The position numbers were made by a program, and so were the translations under genes. The notes below the pieces were generated by a model that worked only from the letters and a program-made list of their open reading frames with translations, was not told the origin of the DNA and made no database searches. A DNA stretch of 40,511 nt from Bdellovibrionales bacterium (lineage in GTDB: Bacteria; Bdellovibrionota; Bdellovibrionia; Bdellovibrionales; DASUEL01): positions 1 through 40,511 of the forward strand of contig JBFWOZ010000026.1 in the NCBI GenBank assembly GCA_050250255.1, in the 5' to 3' direction. Below are positions 35,530 to 40,511 of this stretch, piece by piece; position 1 is the stretch's first letter, and every line of letters starts with the position of its first letter.

Positions 35530-36474
35530 CTAAAGAAGGATTTTTGCAAGCTCCTCAATTTTTTGGCAGGCCGCTTCTTGTTCTCGATCTGTGTCAAACC
35601 AGACCGTTTCGGCATCTCGACGAAACCAAGTCATTTGCCGCTTTGCAAGCTGCATAGAGCTCGTCACAATCGCCTCGATCAGTTGCTCTTCACTAGGTAT
35701 TTGGCCATCCAAAAACTCTAGAACTTCAGCATAACCTACACTTTGAAGCGGTGACCAATCGTGGTAGCCCTGCTCCACTAAACCCTTCACCTCATCGATA
35801 AATCCCTGCCGCAGCATGGTTTTTGTGCGAAGATCCAAAGCGCGTCGTAAAGATTCGCGAGTTTTAAAAGTACCGACACTTGCAAAAGAAAAAGGTGGCT
35901 TTCGCGAAGCTATTGTCTCTTCGATTTCGGAAAATGTTTGAAACTTCTCATGACGAAGAATTTCAAGAGCGCGGATAATTCGATGTCGATCCTGAGGGCC
36001 AATTTTTTTTGCATACTGAGAGTCTCGCGTCTCGAGCTCTTCAAAAAGTGTGGCGAGCCCCTTTAGCCGAGCCTCTTCTTCAAGCTCCGCTCGTTTTTTC
36101 GGGTCGCTTGCCGCCACGGGGTAAGTCCCCTTGATCAATGCTTGAGCGTAGAAACCACTACCACCGACAAGAAAAAATAACTTCTGACCTACATGAGAAC
36201 GTTTCTTCAGAATTTCCAGGGCATCCCTCGCAAATTGTCCAGCCGCATAGGCTTCACCTAGTGGTACATGACTAATCAGATGATGAGGAACCATCGCTAA
36301 TTCTTTTTTTGTGGGTTTTGCAGTACCTATATCTAAACCTTGATAAACTTGCAGGCTGTCGCAATTTACGATCTCGGCACCGAGTTTTTGAGCCATCGCC
36401 AGTGCCAGATGACTTTTTCCAGAAGATGTTGGGCCAAAAATTCCAATGACCGTCATATCAGACAATGCGGCCAA
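35530..36474 (-). CDS. miaA: tRNA dimethylallyltransferase
   Basis: GPTSSGKS, DSLQVYQGLDIGTAKP, VGGSGFY, AKRQMTWF. Confidence 0.96.
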   Translation of the reverse strand: MAALSDMTVIGIFGPTSSGKSHLALAMAQKLGAEIVNCDSLQVYQGLDIGTAKPTKKELAMVPHHLISHVPLGEAYAAGQFARDALEILKKRSHVGQKLFFLVGGSGFYAQALIKGTYPVAASDPKKRAELEEEARLKGLATLFEELETRDSQYAKKIGPQDRHRIIRALEILRHEKFQTFSEIEETIASRKPPFSFASVGTFKTRESLRRALDLRTKTMLRQGFIDEVKGLVEQGYHDWSPLQSVGYAEVLEFLDGQIPSEEQLIEAIVTSSMQLAKRQMTWFRRDAETVWFDTDREQEAACQKIEELAKILL

Positions 36475-38293
36475 AGCTTCGATCCAAATCGGAGAACGGA
36501 TATTCTAAATACACAGGACGACCGTGTGGACAGTAGCCAGAAAATGCAAACTGGTCCATTTGCTCAAGCAGACCCTTCATCTCTTCATGGCTTAACGCTT
36601 GTCCAGCGCGAATCACAGAGTGACAAGCCATCGTGGCAAATAAATCCGAAACAGTCTTTTCTACCGCAAAACTTCCGCCAGATTTTTTATGCTCCGTCAC
36701 CCATTTCAAAATCGCTTTTGTCAGAGAAGATTCATTTAACAAAGAAGGAGCCGAACGAATCGATACGACCGTGGGACTTAATTGATCCATTTCGATGCCA
36801 AGCTTGGCGAAAAAATCTTGTTCTTTTAAAAGCGCATCTACATCTTCAGCATCAAGCTCCACCGTCAAAGGGATCAGGTAAGCTTGGATTTCGAACTGTG
36901 AAGCTCGCCAGCCTGCCATTAAAGTTTCAAAAGCGATTCGCTCATGAGCCGCGTGTTGATCGATAAGAAAAAGCGATTGTCGCGACTGAGCGAGAATGTA
37001 AGTCAGGTTGGCTTGACCTAAAATTTGTAATTGTCCCCAAAAAGAACCAAACAGATTTTTCTTTGATGTGGTGGCAACAGCCGCTGTACGCTCACTCACA
37101 TAAGCCGAAATATTTTCTGAAACTACTGAAGGCACCGAAAATACTTCTCGATTTTGAGAATCCAAAGACTTTGTTTTAAACTGGACCGTATCATAATTTT
37201 CAGGGGAAAGTTCTACTTGAGCAGGAAGCACGCTTTGTGTTTCTTCAATAACATCTTCTTCAAATTTCAAAGGACCCGTTCCCGATTTCTCAAAAAAGCT
37301 ACGAAGAGTTCCGTGAACGGCTCTAAAAATTTCAGACGGCTTTAAAAACTTCACTTGAGTTTTTGTCGGATGAATATTGACGTCCAAATCCTGTGGATTC
37401 ATTTGAATCTGGACAACCGCAACGGGATATTCCCCATGCATAAGAAGAGTACGGTAGGCTTCAATCACCGCCGCTTGAATGGATTTGTCTTGAACCCAAC
37501 GACTTTGTACAAAAACCCAAATATTCTGAGTGGTTTTTTCGACTTCCGAGGCCGAGCCAAAGGCAATGCGTACTTGAATGTCGCCGGATTTTTTCTCTGT
37601 CACAGAAAGATTTTTATCTAAGACATGTTCTACGCGTGTTTTCCATGCTTCCGAATCTGTGGAAGGGACCGCTTGATAATACAAAAGAAGTTGTCCATTT
37701 TGACGGAATCGAAAAGAAACCTGCGGCCATGTGAGTGCAAAGGCTTTAAAAACACGCTTGATTTGATTGAGTTCGGCACTATCGGATCTTAAAAACTTCA
37801 AACGTGCCGGAACATTTTCAAAAAGGCCTTCGACCGTGACTGTGGTTCCTAGCGTGTGACTGGATTCTAAAATTTGTTCTACTTTTCCGTAATCGGATCG
37901 CAGCTGATAAGCTTTTTTTGAATTTTTTCTTTGTGATGTGATTGTGAGACGGCTCACCGCTGCGGTGCTAGCGAGCGCTTCTCCCCGAAATCCAAAACTA
38001 TGAAGCTTCCAAAGATCATCCGTCACTTCAATTTTGCTCGTACAAAAACGTTCTAAAGCGAGCGGTAAATCTTCTGCCGAAATGCCCACTCCGTTATCAG
38101 TTAACTTAACGTATTTACCACCGAAACTTACATCGAGATCAATTTCGGTGGCTTTGGCATCGAGGCTATTTTCGATAAGTTCTTTTACAAGATGCGCGGG
38201 ACGTTCCAGCACTTCACCAGCCGCTATTTGGCCCACGACATTTTCTGAAAGCTTACGAATAGGTGATAGCGTTGTTTCGGCGTCTAATTGCAT
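36458..38293 (-). CDS. mutL: DNA mismatch repair protein MutL (with endonuclease motif)
   Basis: QIAAGEV, KELIENSLDA, GFRGEALAS, DVNIHPTK, DQHAAHERI..E, ACH, CPHGRP. Confidence 0.97.
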   Translation of the reverse strand: MQLDAETTLSPIRKLSENVVGQIAAGEVLERPAHLVKELIENSLDAKATEIDLDVSFGGKYVKLTDNGVGISAEDLPLALERFCTSKIEVTDDLWKLHSFGFRGEALASTAAVSRLTITSQRKNSKKAYQLRSDYGKVEQILESSHTLGTTVTVEGLFENVPARLKFLRSDSAELNQIKRVFKAFALTWPQVSFRFRQNGQLLLYYQAVPSTDSEAWKTRVEHVLDKNLSVTEKKSGDIQVRIAFGSASEVEKTTQNIWVFVQSRWVQDKSIQAAVIEAYRTLLMHGEYPVAVVQIQMNPQDLDVNIHPTKTQVKFLKPSEIFRAVHGTLRSFFEKSGTGPLKFEEDVIEETQSVLPAQVELSPENYDTVQFKTKSLDSQNREVFSVPSVVSENISAYVSERTAAVATTSKKNLFGSFWGQLQILGQANLTYILAQSRQSLFLIDQHAAHERIAFETLMAGWRASQFEIQAYLIPLTVELDAEDVDALLKEQDFFAKLGIEMDQLSPTVVSIRSAPSLLNESSLTKAILKWVTEHKKSGGSFAVEKTVSDLFATMACHSVIRAGQALSHEEMKGLLEQMDQFAFSGYCPHGRPVYLEYPFSDLDRSFGRIV

Positions 38294-38331
38294 GATGCCC
38301 CATCTATAAAACTGGGCCCCCTATCAGGCAA

Positions 38332-39453
38332 CTAAAATAAGAATTTACGATAGGCCACACTGGAAACAAAACCCATGGCAACCATCGTCGTAATCATCCC
38401 AGATCCTCCATAAGAGAGAAGAGGCAGAGGAATCCCCACAATAGGCAAAACGCCCGTGACCATACCGATATTAATGAACATATGCCAGAATACGTAGCCC
38501 AAGGAGCCTATCACTAAAAGCGCACCAAACTTGTCGCGCGCTTGCGTCGCCGTCCCTATTCCTATGAACAGTAATATTGTGAAAAGACCAACCGTTAAAA
38601 TGCTTCCCACAAATCCATGTTCTTCGCTGAGAACACTAAAAATAAAGTCTGTGTGTCGTTCGGGAAGAAATTCGAGTTGCGACTGCGTTCCCTGACGAAA
38701 TCCTTTACCAAAAAACTTTCCGCTACCCACCGCAATTTTTGATTGAATGCTGTTGTAGCCTGCTCCGCGTGGATCTTTTCCAGGTTCTAAAAAGGTGATG
38801 ATCCTTTGTTTTTGGTAATCCTTCATCGCAAAGTTCCACGCGAGAGGAATGGCGATCGAAATGGCTACCGCACAAATAATAATAATTCTTCGATGCACTT
38901 TCATAAATAACACCATCGAAAGTGGAATCGAGAGAATCATAAGTGCTGTACCTAAATCAGGTTGCTTTGCCGTGAGAATAAAGGGAACCGCGATCAAAAT
39001 GAGTGGCAGCGCCAACTCTTTCAGACCCATTCCTTCTGGTTTGCTTTTGTTCACCAGGTTACGGGCGATGACAAGAACAAGAGCAATTTTCATGGTTTCT
39101 GAAGGTTGATAACTAAAAAATCCTAAGTCGAGCCAACGCCTGGCACCGTAAGAAATTTTTCCAATGAATGGAACAAGCGCCAACGCAAAAAGATTTAAAA
39201 AATAAATTACGTAAGACCAGCGATAAACAATTTGGTAATCGACGAAAGTGAGGAAAAAGAAAATACCCCAACCGAAGACAAGCCAGATGACCTGAGAAAT
39301 AAATAAACCACTCGTATCTGTCGCCTGAATTCCGTGAGTAGCACTGTAGAGATTGATCAGACCCACAAGATTGAGTGCAAGAACGACTAAAATAAAATTC
39401 ATATCAAGCCGGCGTAGAAACGTCCTCTGCTCAACCTGCATCGATAAATCCAT
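38332..39453 (-). CDS. rodA: Rod shape-determining protein RodA (SEDS glycosyltransferase)
   Basis: GARRW, QPSE..K, QPDLGT, FLPERHTDFIF, PLLSYGGS; directly downstream of PBP2. Confidence 0.95.
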   Translation of the reverse strand: MDLSMQVEQRTFLRRLDMNFILVVLALNLVGLINLYSATHGIQATDTSGLFISQVIWLVFGWGIFFFLTFVDYQIVYRWSYVIYFLNLFALALVPFIGKISYGARRWLDLGFFSYQPSETMKIALVLVIARNLVNKSKPEGMGLKELALPLILIAVPFILTAKQPDLGTALMILSIPLSMVLFMKVHRRIIIICAVAISIAIPLAWNFAMKDYQKQRIITFLEPGKDPRGAGYNSIQSKIAVGSGKFFGKGFRQGTQSQLEFLPERHTDFIFSVLSEEHGFVGSILTVGLFTILLFIGIGTATQARDKFGALLVIGSLGYVFWHMFINIGMVTGVLPIVGIPLPLLSYGGSGMITTMVAMGFVSSVAYRKFLF

Positions 39454-40511
39454 TACTCTCCTCCGTCTGTCACAGGAATCATCGCCGCCTTCGGTGCTTT
39501 TTTGTCATCCTTCAACATTTCTGGGTGATATTTTTGAAAGTAAGCACGAAAGATATCACGCGCAATCGGAGCAGCTCCCGTCGAACCGTGACAAGAATGT
39601 TCAGCGAGTACGGAAACTACAATTTGAGGTTTGTCCGCCGGCGCATAAGCGATATACCAACCATTATGCCTTTGACGCAGTGGACGGTTTTCACATTTGG
39701 CAAAAACTTGGTCTGCTGAAAGAGAAAAGAGTTGAACCGTACCGGTTTTTCCTGCTGCTTCGATTCCTGGAACCTTCCACCATTTGGCAGTTCCTTTTTC
39801 GCCGTTAACGACTAAGTGTAAACCTTTTTTAACAATCTCGAAATTTTTGAAATCAATTTGTGATCCGTCGGGTTGCGGTTGGCTGAGATCACGCAAAAGC
39901 TCTGGTGCAAATTCTTTGATCACACGATCTTCGGTATCCATAATTTTCTTAACCACGTGTGGGCGAAAAACTTTTCCATCTGTACCAATTGCCCCAAACG
40001 CTACGGCCATTTGCAAAGGCGAAGTCAGTACGAATCCTTGCCCGATGGCATTACTTAAGTTTTCTCCTGGTTGCCATTCTTCTCCGATGGCTTTCTTTTT
40101 CCATTCCGTCGTGGGCATAAGACCCGGAACTTCTCCAATGAGATTCACAAGAGTTTTACGTCCAATTCCAAGTGCACTCGAATACTTCGCAATTTTATCA
40201 ATTCCAAGTGCAATTCCTATACGGTAAAAGAACACGTCACACGATTGTTCAAGAGCTTGGTAAACGTTTACGTCCCCATGACCATACTTAATATGGCAGT
40301 GATAATTACGACGTCCAAACTTTAAGGCCCCACGACAGAAGAATGTCGTGCGTGGAGTGATCAACTTTTCCTGAAGAGCCGCCAGCGCGACCACCGCTTT
40401 AGATGTAGATCCTGGAGGCGTATGCGTTTGGATGACTTTGTTTCGCAGAATTTGGAAAGGATCACTGGCTAAATCAGACCAGAGCTTCGCGGTAATTCCC
40501 TTTGAAAACTC
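39453..40511 (-). CDS. mrdA: Penicillin-binding protein 2, C-terminal part (5' end beyond the window)
   Basis: The frame stays open to the window edge; PGSTSK (SxxK, hand-translated), SCD (SxD), AIGQG, GKTGT. Confidence 0.93.
   Translation of the reverse strand, partial: EFSKGITAKLWSDLASDPFQILRNKVIQTHTPPGSTSKAVVALAALQEKLITPRTTFFCRGALKFGRRNYHCHIKYGHGDVNVYQALEQSCDVFFYRIGIALGIDKIAKYSSALGIGRKTLVNLIGEVPGLMPTTEWKKKAIGEEWQPGENLSNAIGQGFVLTSPLQMAVAFGAIGTDGKVFRPHVVKKIMDTEDRVIKEFAPELLRDLSQPQPDGSQIDFKNFEIVKKGLHLVVNGEKGTAKWWKVPGIEAAGKTGTVQLFSLSADQVFAKCENRPLRQRHNGWYIAYAPADKPQIVVSVLAEHSCHGSTGAAPIARDIFRAYFQKYHPEMLKDDKKAPKAAMIPVTDGGE

Noticed and set aside
36340..36966. 208-aa plus-strand ORF
   Set aside because: Antisense to mutL/miaA with no recognisable motifs. 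The other short antisense ORFs in the track were rejected for the same reason.
40398..40415. PBP2 active-site motif reads PGSTSK instead of the usual PGSTFK; a Cys/His cluster precedes SCD
   Set aside because: SxxK is intact and the change could be a single-base variant or error. The Cys/His cluster fits the already known PBP2 Zn site.
1..40511. CRISPR arrays, tRNA/rRNA genes, prophage or reverse-transcriptase genes
   Set aside because: No regularly spaced repeats, cloverleaf or rRNA signatures, or such proteins were seen by eye.

Overview
Bacterial chromosomal window, most likely from a Bdellovibrionota (Bdellovibrio-like) genome. This is inferred from the TIGR02147/DUF4423 HTH gene, the stand-alone RAYT-like HUH gene, the K/A/P-rich Zn-motif protein and many lineage-type secreted hypotheticals. 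Left to right: (1) the left end of an IS3-family element and an AT-rich accessory patch with two secreted-protein genes; (2) a DUF692(MNIO)-DUF2063 fusion that has lost nearly all iron ligands, next to a histone-H1-like protein and a DUF4097 protein; (3) a thiolase + 3-oxoacid CoA-transferase operon; (4) a RAYT/Y1 HUH gene near a 27-bp inverted-repeat element, a CPXCG protein, a BNR propeller, a cNMP-binding protein, pyk and a long coiled-coil protein; (5) an envelope locus: large lipoprotein, OM barrel, LolC/E-like permease, MlaD, a degenerate MlaF, MlaE; (6) ydcF-like and ridA; (7) a plus-strand block with a divergent membrane PPase, a TIGR02147 regulator with twin palindromes and two secreted proteins; (8) the core run mrdA-rodA-mutL-miaA-yicC-gmk-rpoZ-spoT. 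No rRNA, tRNA or CRISPR array was seen. The best novelty candidates are the pseudo-MNIO fusion, the Mla/Lol cluster with no evidently active ATPase, the TIGR02147 operator module and the REPIN-like elements. All family calls are by-eye motif recognition; no database searches were run.
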